Assembly: GCA_963823335.1 (NCBI GenBank) | Contig: CAWGLD010000001.1 | Location: 32,001-96,000 of the forward strand | Reading direction: 5' to 3' | DNA length: 64,000 nucleotides | Source of the DNA: an uncultured delta proteobacterium | Lineage (GTDB): Bacteria > Desulfobacterota > Desulfobacteria > Desulfobacterales > B30-G6 | Part shown: piece after piece, positions 28,789 to 37,871 of the stretch | Numbering within the stretch: position 1 is the stretch's first letter | Layout: each line of letters starts with the position of its first letter | Position numbers and translations under genes: made by a program | Notes under the pieces: model-generated | The model's input: the letters and a program-made list of their open reading frames with translations, nothing else | Told to the model about the DNA's origin: nothing | Databases searched by the model: none

Positions 28789-31212
28789 ATGATTCAAAAC
28801 TACGAGAAGCTCGGTGCTTTTTATCTCGGCAAGGAATATGACCTGGCCACCCGTACGCTCAAAGAGGACCTGATTCTCTACGATTCCAAAGATCTCAATA
28901 CCCACGCGGTCATCATCGGCATGACCGGCAGTGGTAAAACAGGACTTGGCATCGGTCTTCTGGAGGAAGCGCTGATCGACAACATCCCCATTATTGCCAT
29001 CGATCCCAAAGGGGATCTGCCCAACCTGCTTTTGACCTTTCCAGACCTTGACCCCATGGATTTCCAACCCTGGGTGAATACCCAGGATGCTCTCAACCAG
29101 GGTCTCAGCATCGACAAATTCGCTGCCAAGCAGGCTGAAACCTGGCGCAAGGGACTCGCGGACTGGGGCCAGGCACCGGAACGCATCGCCCGTCTGAAAG
29201 CTGCGGCGGAGTTTACCGTGTACACCCCGGGAAGCCATGCAGGGGAGCCGGTAAGTGTTCTAAAATCCTTTGCTCCCCCGCCGTCTGCAATTCTTGCAGA
29301 AACCGACCTGTTTCGCGAATGTGTCCAGACCACGGCCACAGGTATCCTCGCCCTTTTGGGGATTCAAGCGGATCCCATCACCAGCCGGGAGCACATCCTG
29401 ATTGCCAAAATCCTTGAGGCTGTCTGGTCTGAGTCCAGGAGTCTCGATATCGCCGGTTTGATCCATACCATTCAATCCCCGCCCTTCGAACGTATTGGGG
29501 TGATGGATCTGGAGATGTTCTACCCTGCCAAAGACCGATTTGCCCTGGCCATGCGTCTGAACAACCTCCTGGCATCACCGGGTTTTGAAACCTGGATGGA
29601 AGGCAGGCCCCTCAACATTGGACAGATGCTGCATACTGACCAGGGCAAACCCCGCGCCTCCATTTTTACCATCAGCCATCTTTCAGATACCGAACGAATG
29701 TTTTTCGTTTCCATGCTCCTCAACGAGATTGTCGGATGGATGCGAACCCAGGCCGGCACATCCAGTTTGCGTGCTATTTTGTACATGGATGAAATTTTCG
29801 GATACTTCCCTCCCATCAGCAATCCACCCTCCAAAACACCCCTTTTGACACTTCTGAAGCAGGCACGCGCTTATGGACTGGGCGTGGTGCTGTCTACCCA
29901 AAACCCGGTGGATCTGGACTATAAGGGGCTTGCCAATACCGGTACCTGGTTTATCGGTCGTCTGCAGACCGAACGTGACAAGGGGCGGGTTCTGGAAGGT
30001 CTTGAAGGCGCTGCTGCGGGGAGTCGATTTGATCGCGGTCGTATGGAAGAAATCCTGGCAGGCCTGGGCAAACGGGTATTTCTCCTGCATAACGTGCACG
30101 AAAATGAACCTGTTATTTTCCAGACCCGCTGGGCCTTGTCCTATTTGCGGGGCCCCATGACCCGGGAGCAGATTAAAGCCTTAAAAGCCGACAAGGCGAG
30201 CCAACAGCCGGTGATTGACAATCTATCGGAATCGCTTGCAGCCGGTCCGATAAAACCGGTTGAGCCTGCCCAGGTCCTAACAGGCCCGCCGACACTGCCG
30301 CCGGGGGTTGAAACATTTTATATGCCTGCCTCCGGGGCCGGTCATGGTGTGGTGTATTATCCTGGTGTAATCGGTCGTATGGATGTCCACTATGCCGATG
30401 CCAGGTATATGGTGGAAACCACTGAGACACTGGCGCTTGTCGCCCAGTTGGGAGATGGTCCTGTTGCCCTGGACTGGGACAGTGCTGTGGAAGTTGACCC
30501 TTTCGCCATTGAGACCGTGCCGGTCTCCGGGGGGCAATATGCTGATCTGCCCACAGCGGCATCCAAGGTCACCAACTACCGCAAGTGGAACAAGGACCTG
30601 TTACGCTGGGTAAGTCAAAACCGTCCGAAGTTGCTTTTGCGTTCAAAACGTTTTGGCATGACCAGTCAACTGGGTGAATCCGAGGGCGAGTTTCGATCGA
30701 GACTGGCACAAACAATGCGTGAAAAACGGGATCTGGAAGTTGAGAAGCTGCGCAGAAAATACAGCAAGCGCTTCACGACGTTGAAAGATCGACTGATGCG
30801 CTCCGAGCAGGCCATTGACAGGGAATCCGAGCAGGCCAAGGCCTCAAAAATGCAGACGGCGATTTCCTTTGGCACCGCCATTCTGGGTGCCTTCCTGGGT
30901 CGTAAGGCCGTCAGCACCACATCGGCTTCAAGGGTTGGAACCGCCATGAGATCCGCCAGTCGCGTCAAAAAGGAAAAAATGGACGTGGTCAGGGCCTCAG
31001 AGAGGGCTGAGGCGATCCGTCTGCAACTGACCGAACTCGACGAACGCCTGCAGGCGGATATGGATACGATCGAGCTGTCCCTGGATACGGATGTGGAAGA
31101 GCTCGAGGAAATCAGCATAAAACCCAAAAGCACGGGTATCACCCTGGAGGTCTTTGGGCTGACCTGGATGCCGTTTAGAAGGAATGCCGGCGGCGGGATG
31201 AGCGCAGAATAA
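28789..31212 (+). CDS. HerA/FtsK-superfamily ATPase (DUF87-type) with C-terminal coiled coil
   Basis: Walker A GMTGSGKT, IDPKGD, Walker B LYMDE, KQARAYG, STQNPVDLD. Confidence 0.85.
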   Translation: MIQNYEKLGAFYLGKEYDLATRTLKEDLILYDSKDLNTHAVIIGMTGSGKTGLGIGLLEEALIDNIPIIAIDPKGDLPNLLLTFPDLDPMDFQPWVNTQDALNQGLSIDKFAAKQAETWRKGLADWGQAPERIARLKAAAEFTVYTPGSHAGEPVSVLKSFAPPPSAILAETDLFRECVQTTATGILALLGIQADPITSREHILIAKILEAVWSESRSLDIAGLIHTIQSPPFERIGVMDLEMFYPAKDRFALAMRLNNLLASPGFETWMEGRPLNIGQMLHTDQGKPRASIFTISHLSDTERMFFVSMLLNEIVGWMRTQAGTSSLRAILYMDEIFGYFPPISNPPSKTPLLTLLKQARAYGLGVVLSTQNPVDLDYKGLANTGTWFIGRLQTERDKGRVLEGLEGAAAGSRFDRGRMEEILAGLGKRVFLLHNVHENEPVIFQTRWALSYLRGPMTREQIKALKADKASQQPVIDNLSESLAAGPIKPVEPAQVLTGPPTLPPGVETFYMPASGAGHGVVYYPGVIGRMDVHYADARYMVETTETLALVAQLGDGPVALDWDSAVEVDPFAIETVPVSGGQYADLPTAASKVTNYRKWNKDLLRWVSQNRPKLLLRSKRFGMTSQLGESEGEFRSRLAQTMREKRDLEVEKLRRKYSKRFTTLKDRLMRSEQAIDRESEQAKASKMQTAISFGTAILGAFLGRKAVSTTSASRVGTAMRSASRVKKEKMDVVRASERAEAIRLQLTELDERLQADMDTIELSLDTDVEELEEISIKPKSTGITLEVFGLTWMPFRRNAGGGMSAE

Positions 31213-31232
31213 AATCGTAGACACGATTTTAT
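31209..31232. repeat. Short palindrome, copy 2
   Basis: ATAAAATCGT-AGAC-ACGATTTTAT, overlapping the ATPase stop codon. Confidence 0.7.
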
Positions 31233-31257
31233 AGAACGCGACGGTGTCGCTCCTTTG

Positions 31258-31360
31258 TATAGGGATTGTCAGAAAAACGTTCCGATTGAGGACCTTTTTT
31301 CTGCTACAACCCCTTATGCCGCCATCCTATTTTCGGAACAGTATTATGACAAGCGGTATA
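31258..31360 (+). mobile_element. 103-bp MITE, copy 2 of 4
   Basis: TATAGGGATTGTCAGAAAAACG...GACAAGCGGTATA. Confidence 0.9.
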
Positions 31361-31363
31361 AGC

Positions 31364-32017
31364 TTAACCCGAAACCGGTACGACATAAAATAAGATCGAA
31401 AAGAAATGAAGAATACTTCCAGCCAGCACAAACAGGTGCCAGATGGCATGGTGATATTTCAATGTTTTCCAGCAATAGAAAAGAATGCCGGTCGTGTAGG
31501 CCAGCCCGCCCAGCACGAGAAAGACGATGCCACCGGTCGCCACGGATACGATCAAGGGCTTGATCGCCACCACCACCACCCAGCCCATTCCGATATACAA
31601 ACCCAGGGACAACGCCTGCCAGCGTTTCAGCATGGACAATTGAAACACCAGCCCGAGAGCCGCAAGACCCCAAATCACGCCAAAAAGCCACCAGCCCCAG
31701 GGTCCGCGAAGACTCACCAGTGTAAACGGTGTGTAGGTTCCCGCAATGAGCAGGTATATGGCGGAATGGTCCAGGACCTGTAGAATGCTTTTCACCCGGG
31801 GTTTCTGAATGCTGTGGTAAAGCGTGGATGCCGTGTAAAGAAGTACCAGGGTTGTAGCGTAAATACTGACACTGACAATGTGCCAGACATTGCCGTAGAT
31901 ACTTGCAAAAGCAGTCAGTATTCCCAACGCGGCAATGGCCAGCACCATACCGATCCCGTGGGTGATGCTGTTGGCAATCTCTTCGGCCATGCTGTAATGC
32001 TTGATACTTGTTTCCAT
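31364..32017 (-). CDS. Hemolysin III / PAQR family membrane protein
   Basis: EEIANSITHG, STLYH, LDHSAIYLLIAGTYTPF, HAIWHLFV; start set at METSIK. Confidence 0.95.
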   Translation of the reverse strand: METSIKHYSMAEEIANSITHGIGMVLAIAALGILTAFASIYGNVWHIVSVSIYATTLVLLYTASTLYHSIQKPRVKSILQVLDHSAIYLLIAGTYTPFTLVSLRGPWGWWLFGVIWGLAALGLVFQLSMLKRWQALSLGLYIGMGWVVVVAIKPLIVSVATGGIVFLVLGGLAYTTGILFYCWKTLKYHHAIWHLFVLAGSILHFFSILFYVVPVSG

Positions 32018-32045
32018 ATACGCTGCTTGCAATCCCCCCTTCGAC

Positions 32046-32074
32046 TTGAACCGCAACGAGGTTCGCTAACCCCG
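32046..32074. repeat. Degenerate fragment of the IS200/IS605-type mini-element
   Basis: TTGAACCGCAA plus TCGCTAACCCCG pieces shared with 59660-59778. Confidence 0.45.
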
Positions 32075-32261
32075 TGGGTTCTGCAATAATTTTTTACAAC
32101 CATAATACATATCCGTGTCGAAGTATAACGCATTTCCAACACGTTACATTTATTTTACATTATCGGAGCCCTTCTGGAAGGAAAAGGAGAGACAGGGATG
32201 ATAGGGGTGCAGACAATGGATCGGTAGCACCACAGGTCAGATTGCAGACCAGCGGCAGTTT

Positions 32262-32456
32262 CTACCACCAGCAGATAACTTCATCGAAATCAAAAATCAG
32301 ATCGATCAACTCGTCGTAATCAGGTGCTTCCCCTTCAATCTCGAACAACGGTATCTGTAAACAACTGTACCCCAGTGACAGGGTGTACATGAATGTTCGC
32401 TGAAGGTCATCGGTGGGCGTTTTGAGAATATGCAACATTTTCTTTCTTTTAGGCAT
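32262..32456 (-). CDS. Small DsrH/TusB-like hypothetical protein
   Basis: MLHILK N-terminus and DYDELIDLIFDFDEVICW C-terminus; overlaps the upstream gene. Confidence 0.6.
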   Translation of the reverse strand: MPKRKKMLHILKTPTDDLQRTFMYTLSLGYSCLQIPLFEIEGEAPDYDELIDLIFDFDEVICWW

Positions 32457-32775
32457 CTGTTTCTTCCTTGTGATTGTCCCGGTTTCCAAAGGGGATGACC
32501 AGGTCCATTTTTTTCAACTCGCGCGCAAGTTTGTCCAGGGGAACATACTTGAAACCGTGCTGCTCGTTCACCTCAAGGTTGGAATAGGTTTCGCACTCCA
32601 TTTCTTCCAGCCATTCCAGATTTTCCTGAAGGGCCTCGTTCATTTCCACCTGGACATCAAACACGAACAGGTAAGCCCAATAGTTATGAGCAGCCAGCCC
32701 CAGAGCCGTACGGGTACCTTCCCACACATCCTGAGATCTGCGTACGACGACAGCACAGTGCTTGATATTTTCCAT
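32449..32775 (-). CDS. DsrE/DsrF-like protein
   Basis: EGTRTALGL helix and LARELKKMDLVIPF C-terminal motif. Confidence 0.65.
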   Translation of the reverse strand: MENIKHCAVVVRRSQDVWEGTRTALGLAAHNYWAYLFVFDVQVEMNEALQENLEWLEEMECETYSNLEVNEQHGFKYVPLDKLARELKKMDLVIPFGNRDNHKEETDA

Positions 32776-32808
32776 AATACGTGTTCCTCTTCTTTTTTCG
32801 ACCTAAAA

Positions 32809-32846
32809 TTGAACCGAAAAAGCGAGCGCTCGCTTTTTCGGTTCAA
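32809..32846. repeat. Perfect 38-bp palindrome made of two mini-element left ends
   Basis: TTGAACCGAAAAAGCGAGC|GCTCGCTTTTTCGGTTCAA; overlaps the stop codon of 32843-33148. Confidence 0.85.
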
Positions 32847-33148
32847 AACGTCAGATAACGGTCGCAGTCGTAAATCATCTCCGCATGCCACGATTGTGAA
32901 GAATACGCACTGCGGTCAAGGACCGCCTTGGCTTCTTCCAGTTTCAGGCCCTCAAACCCGACCTTGCACAGCGCGACATCAACGATTCCTGCCAGCTCTT
33001 CCATTTGGGGATCCGTGCAGAGCCGCGTGCCCTCATGGGTGAAAAAGACTTTCACCGCAACACCTTTTTTTTTGGCTGCCTTACACAGCAGCATCAGCTT
33101 TTCCAGATGGCGATCCGAAGTGACATAAATACCCAGTGTTTTTTTCAT
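32843..33148 (-). CDS. DsrE family protein
   Basis: KVFFTHEGT, Cys in VALCKVG, MIYDCDRYLTF. Confidence 0.75.
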   Translation of the reverse strand: MKKTLGIYVTSDRHLEKLMLLCKAAKKKGVAVKVFFTHEGTRLCTDPQMEELAGIVDVALCKVGFEGLKLEEAKAVLDRSAYSSQSWHAEMIYDCDRYLTF

Positions 33149-33157
33149 GTTTCGCCC

Positions 33158-33502
33158 TCAATCAAACCTTGAATTGCAGGTAACGCCCCACAGGGCCCAC
33201 TGCTGGCCGGGTCTCGATATTTTATGAGATATTTCCAGCTCCACTGCCGCCCGTTCGTCCGGTTCAAGGGGCAGACGATCCAGGCTGTTATCGATCCCGG
33301 TCCAGAAAAGACCCCGGTAAAACTCCCGCATTCCCTTGACTTTTGCGGTTATGAACCGCTCTTCAACAGCACTCAGCAGGTTGACGGTTCCCGAATCGAG
33401 CCGGTCTCCATTGCCTGGATCTAAAACCAGAAAGACAGCCAGACGAAATTGCCTGCCGCCATGACCGCTTTCCAGCGGATCTCTCTTCCATTCGATATGC
33501 AT
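33158..33502 (-). CDS. Hypothetical protein
   Basis: Ends 9 bp before the DsrE-like gene on the same strand. Confidence 0.55.
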   Translation of the reverse strand: MHIEWKRDPLESGHGGRQFRLAVFLVLDPGNGDRLDSGTVNLLSAVEERFITAKVKGMREFYRGLFWTGIDNSLDRLPLEPDERAAVELEISHKISRPGQQWALWGVTCNSRFD

Positions 33503-33756
33503 CGCGTGACCGTCCGATTAAAACAGCTACATTGTGGTATTTATATAGTTAAGCCCTATAGAAACTGGTGTCAACATCTTTGTACCACCCAGAATGAACC
33601 GTCACCGCTCCCCCATCTTACCGGAATAATTGACACACCACCATCCGATGCATAGTGTTGCTCCTGAGATCGTACAAGAAAATACCGGCGCTATCTGCTC
33701 CTTTTTACGATTAAAAATGCAACCCTGTGCCACAGATTAATGATAGGTCAATATAA

Positions 33757-35136
33757 ATGGACACAGATAATGGCTTGATCACAAAACCGATTCCCGGATT
33801 GATTGCCCAATTGGCGATTCCCGCCAGTATCGGTATGTTTTTCAACACCATGTTCAATGTGGTGGACACCTATTTCAGCGGTCTGATCTCCACCGAAGCC
33901 ATCGCGGCACTGTCCCTGTCCTTTCCGGTGTTTTTTGTCATATTGGCCATCGGGTTTGGCATCAGCACCGGCACGACGGCATTAATCGCCAATGCCCTGG
34001 GTTCCGGCGATGAGAATAAAGCGCAGCTGTATGCCATTCAATCCGTGTCGTTCACCATCCTTTTGTCCATGGCGCTGACGTTGGCAGGTCTTTTTGCGGC
34101 ACCTTTCCTGTTTGGTGTCCTCGGGGCTGAAGGAAGCTATCTGACAATCTCCCTGTCTTATATCAACATCATCTTTTACGGTATGGTGTTTTTTTCCCTG
34201 ACCTTTGTGTTAAATGCAATTCTGACTGCCCAAGGCGACACCAGATCATTTCGCAATGTGTTGATTGTCGGTTTTTTTCTCAATTTGCTTTTCGATCCCT
34301 GGTTTATCTACGGCGGCTTTGGTCTGCCGGCCATGGGTCTTGCCGGTGTGGCATGGGCTACGATTTTAATTCAGCTGTTCAGCACCCTGTTCATGAGCAT
34401 GCGCGTCATCAAATCCGGTTTGATCTGTCGGGAGTGCTGGGCCATGTTCATTCCACGCCAGCACTTTTTTCTGGATATTGCAAAACAGGGCTTTCCGGCC
34501 AGTCTGAATACCATGAGCATCGCCATCGGGATTTTCATCATTACCTGGTTCATCAGCAAATATGGGCAGACTGCGGTTGCCGCCTACGGCATCGCCACCC
34601 GGGTGGACCAGATCGCCTTATTGCCCATCATGGGGCTTACCACCGCGACATTGACACTGGTGGGTCAGAACAACGGTGCAACCTTTTTTCAACGCTGCCG
34701 GGAGGTGTATCAAAAGGCGATGCTATACGGTATCGTTATCACCACGGTGAGCATGGTCATCGTATTTTTCTTTCCCCGTCTGATCATGCAGATATTTACC
34801 CAAGACGCGGCAGTACTGGATATCGGCACCTTTTATTTGAAAATTTCGGCCTTTATTTACTGGGCCTACATCATCCTGTTTGTAGCCGTGGCCGCCCTGC
34901 AGGGCTTGAAGCGGCCCTTGTATGCCATTTGGATAGGGCTTTATCGTCAGATTCTGGCCCCGGCAATTGTTTTTTACGCGCTGGCCAGTCTCCTGGGTAT
35001 GGGTCTTACCGGGATCTGGTGGGGAATTTTTGTGGTCACCTGGTCAGCCACCATTTTCACCCTGTTTTACGTGCGCCGGACCATGAACAGGATGTTCGTC
35101 CCAGCGAAAGCTCCTGCCGCAAGTACGAATAAATAA
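33757..35136 (+). CDS. MATE family efflux transporter
   Basis: LAIP, FNVVDT, QGDT, NLLFDPWFI, AAYGI, VGQNNGA. Confidence 0.93.
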   Translation: MDTDNGLITKPIPGLIAQLAIPASIGMFFNTMFNVVDTYFSGLISTEAIAALSLSFPVFFVILAIGFGISTGTTALIANALGSGDENKAQLYAIQSVSFTILLSMALTLAGLFAAPFLFGVLGAEGSYLTISLSYINIIFYGMVFFSLTFVLNAILTAQGDTRSFRNVLIVGFFLNLLFDPWFIYGGFGLPAMGLAGVAWATILIQLFSTLFMSMRVIKSGLICRECWAMFIPRQHFFLDIAKQGFPASLNTMSIAIGIFIITWFISKYGQTAVAAYGIATRVDQIALLPIMGLTTATLTLVGQNNGATFFQRCREVYQKAMLYGIVITTVSMVIVFFFPRLIMQIFTQDAAVLDIGTFYLKISAFIYWAYIILFVAVAALQGLKRPLYAIWIGLYRQILAPAIVFYALASLLGMGLTGIWWGIFVVTWSATIFTLFYVRRTMNRMFVPAKAPAASTNK

Positions 35137-36003
35137 AAGATCAACCCTTTGTAGATAATGTTTGTATATTTTTTTATTGGCATCTTCGACACGTTGGAAA
35201 AAGCCGCTATTAACCGCCCCCCGAAGTATGCACAGCTCCTTGATCTGATCGATACTTTGCCGGCCATCCACAAGCTGGCTGCAGGTATCGGTGCATCTGC
35301 CACAGTCGATACACAGCCAGATGGAAGGGGATCGCATCAATTCGTCAATTAACCCGAGATTGATCATACGAAACAATACCCGGGGATCAAAGACCGATCG
35401 TTCACAAACGATCGGGCAGGCGCTGCTGCATTCGCCACAGGTAAAACAGGCTTGTGTCCGGGACAATGCCATAACGGTCTTGATATCGCTGGTAAGCCAG
35501 TGAGTTTTCTGCATCGAAATGAGGGAAGCAGATGGGCGAACCGGCTGCTCCAACCAGTCATGCCACATCTGATCAGTAAAAATTTCGAGTTCCTTATCAA
35601 AACAATGATGGACAGCCCGCCAACGTACTCTTTGGAATTTGGCAAACAGATCCTGATAAAGTCTCAATGTACCCATGGAGACGATCCCCTTGAAAAAGGC
35701 TTCACGACGCGCAAACGCAATCAGCGTGGACGGACTGACAACATTGGGACAAACATTCATACAGCGCCGGCAGGTCAGGCAGTACCAGATTTCCGGCATA
35801 TGCAACAGCTCTTCCAACAAGCCCAGATTGGCCATACGAACTATTTTCTGGGGTCTCAGACGACCGGTGGCAATGTTCACAGGGCATTCGAAGTCGCAGG
35901 AACCACATGTCCAGCACATGGTCGTCATACTGCGGGAGGCTCGATCAAGCTGTCGACCCAATGTTACATCCGGCGTGATGAAAGATGCCATGCTCTCTCC
36001 CAT
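35044..36003 (-). CDS. Tandem HdrC-like 4Fe-4S dicluster protein
   Basis: CWTCGSCDFECP / IWYCLTCRRCMNVCP and CFTCGECSSACP / IWLCIDCGRCTDTC. Confidence 0.85.
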   Translation of the reverse strand: MGESMASFITPDVTLGRQLDRASRSMTTMCWTCGSCDFECPVNIATGRLRPQKIVRMANLGLLEELLHMPEIWYCLTCRRCMNVCPNVVSPSTLIAFARREAFFKGIVSMGTLRLYQDLFAKFQRVRWRAVHHCFDKELEIFTDQMWHDWLEQPVRPSASLISMQKTHWLTSDIKTVMALSRTQACFTCGECSSACPIVCERSVFDPRVLFRMINLGLIDELMRSPSIWLCIDCGRCTDTCSQLVDGRQSIDQIKELCILRGAVNSGFFQRVEDANKKIYKHYLQRVDLLFIRTCGRSFRWDEHPVHGPAHVKQGENGG

Positions 36004-36318
36004 TTAGGTTCAGGGCAATAACCAGGTTGCGTTTTGCTTTTTTAAGATTGGAACACGATTATCAGTGCTGTTCGCGCTGCATACAACAGAGTATAGGGTG
36101 GTGGTGTGCCGGTTGTGTCGCTGTATCCGAGGCAGTCATTAGCTACAATGTGGCATAACACCTGATCCAAATCAATACTAAAAAGCGACCGGTCAGATCA
36201 GAATTTCTTCAACCTGATTCTTAGTTGGCGGTGCCTTCGTACCTATTGCCGGAACCACGACAGGCTGCATTGTTTATGATCTTGACATGGAATCTTCGTT
36301 TCTCTATACTTTATTGTT

Positions 36319-36421
36319 TTTAGGGGTTGTCAGAAAAACGATCCGATTGAGGGCCTTTTTTCTGCTACAACCCCTTATGCCGCCATCCTATTTTCGGAAC
36401 ATTATTATGACAAGCGGTATA
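36319..36421 (+). mobile_element. 103-bp MITE, copy 3 of 4
   Basis: TTTAGGGGTTGTCAGAAAAACG...GACAAGCGGTATA; 37 bp upstream of trkA. Confidence 0.9.
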
Positions 36422-36458
36422 AATACAATCTTTGGCCTAAATTCTTTTGGTATTATTC

Positions 36459-37865
36459 ATGTTTGGAAAAAATAACACGCTATCTGAAAAGATTTTGATC
36501 CTCGGCCTCGGCGGCGTCGGGTATTATCTGGCTAAACGGCTGGCCCATGAAGGGTATACCATTACCGTCATCGAGTCGGAGGGTCGCTTGATTCGAGAAG
36601 CAGACGGTACCCTGGATGCCCGGTTGATGCAGGGCAATGCCATGAGTATTGAATGCTGGCGCGAGGCCAATGCCGAAAAAATGGATTACCTCATCGCCGT
36701 CACCGACAACGACGCCGTGAACATGATGGCTGCCACCATTGCTCATCGTTTTGGAATACAACGAAAAATTGCCAGGGTCCGTTCCCAGGAATTCGGGAAT
36801 CAAGATTCGTTTCTTTCGGATGAAGACCTGAAAATAGACCTGTTCATTCACCCGGAAGAATTGGCGGCCCAGGAAATTATCAGAATCATCAAACTAAGGG
36901 CAGGCAACGATATTACCGATATCGCCAATGGACAAATCCAGGTCATGGCGACACGCATCAGGGAATCATCCTCCCTTGCCAATAAAAAGCTGAAAGAAAT
37001 TTCCCAGACCTATCATGAATTCCCATTTCGGGTGGTCTCCCTTGCCCGGGGTATCACCACCATCATTCCGGGAGGGAACGACACGCTTTTGCCCCAGGAC
37101 CAGATCTTTATTATGGCCGCCACCAAGGATTTGCCCAAGCTGATGTCTCTCACCGGTGACAGGAAGAAACGCAGTCACAAGGTGATGATTTTAGGCGGCG
37201 GCCTGGTGGGGAGCCGCGTCGCCCAGTTGCTGGAAAAAACCGTCCAGGTTACCCTGATCGAAAAGAATGAAAAATCGGCTGAAGAATTGTCTATTTCCCT
37301 AAAGAATACAGAAGTCCTGCATGGGGATGGTTCCGATGCCAATGTACTGCAGATGGCCGGTCTTCTGGATGTGGATACGTTTATCACCGCAACCGGGGAC
37401 AATGAAACCAATATCATGAGCTCCATGCTGGCAAAGCACCTCATGGACGAAAAAGGCAGTGAAGAAAAATCCCGTCAAAGAAAATCGATCTGCCTGGTCA
37501 ACAAAGAGGACTACCTGGTGCTGGCCGGCACCATGGGTTCTGATATTGCGCTGAACAAGAAAATGCTGGCCGGCAACGAGATCCTGAAATTCATCAGAAT
37601 GGGCCAGCTCTTGTCCGTGGCCCATCTGCACGGCTCTGACGCTGAAATGGTGGAAATCGTGGCTGAACCCGGGTCGCCCGTCACCCGCAAACCCCTGTCC
37701 AAACTGGATCCCTCTTATTATGGAAAAATTCTTATCGGTGCTATTTTCCGGGATGAAAAATGGCAGATCGCCGTGGGTGACACCCAAATCCAGGATAACG
37801 AGCGGGCCATTGTCGTGTGTATGTCAATGTCTTTAAAAGATGTTCAGCAGTTGTTTTTTAAGTAG
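36459..37865 (+). CDS. trkA: Trk potassium uptake NAD-binding subunit
   Basis: Two RCK units (GLGGVG, GGGLVG), AVTDNDAVN, HGDGSD. Confidence 0.93.
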   Translation: MFGKNNTLSEKILILGLGGVGYYLAKRLAHEGYTITVIESEGRLIREADGTLDARLMQGNAMSIECWREANAEKMDYLIAVTDNDAVNMMAATIAHRFGIQRKIARVRSQEFGNQDSFLSDEDLKIDLFIHPEELAAQEIIRIIKLRAGNDITDIANGQIQVMATRIRESSSLANKKLKEISQTYHEFPFRVVSLARGITTIIPGGNDTLLPQDQIFIMAATKDLPKLMSLTGDRKKRSHKVMILGGGLVGSRVAQLLEKTVQVTLIEKNEKSAEELSISLKNTEVLHGDGSDANVLQMAGLLDVDTFITATGDNETNIMSSMLAKHLMDEKGSEEKSRQRKSICLVNKEDYLVLAGTMGSDIALNKKMLAGNEILKFIRMGQLLSVAHLHGSDAEMVEIVAEPGSPVTRKPLSKLDPSYYGKILIGAIFRDEKWQIAVGDTQIQDNERAIVVCMSMSLKDVQQLFFK

Positions 37866-37871
37866 AACCTT

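Noticed and set aside
28789-31212. DUF87 ATPase as an anti-phage system
   Set aside because: No effector partner or defence-island context is visible
33718-33732. TGGCACAGGGTTGCA on the minus strand as a sigma54 promoter
   Set aside because: Spacing is GG-N9-GC, not the required N10
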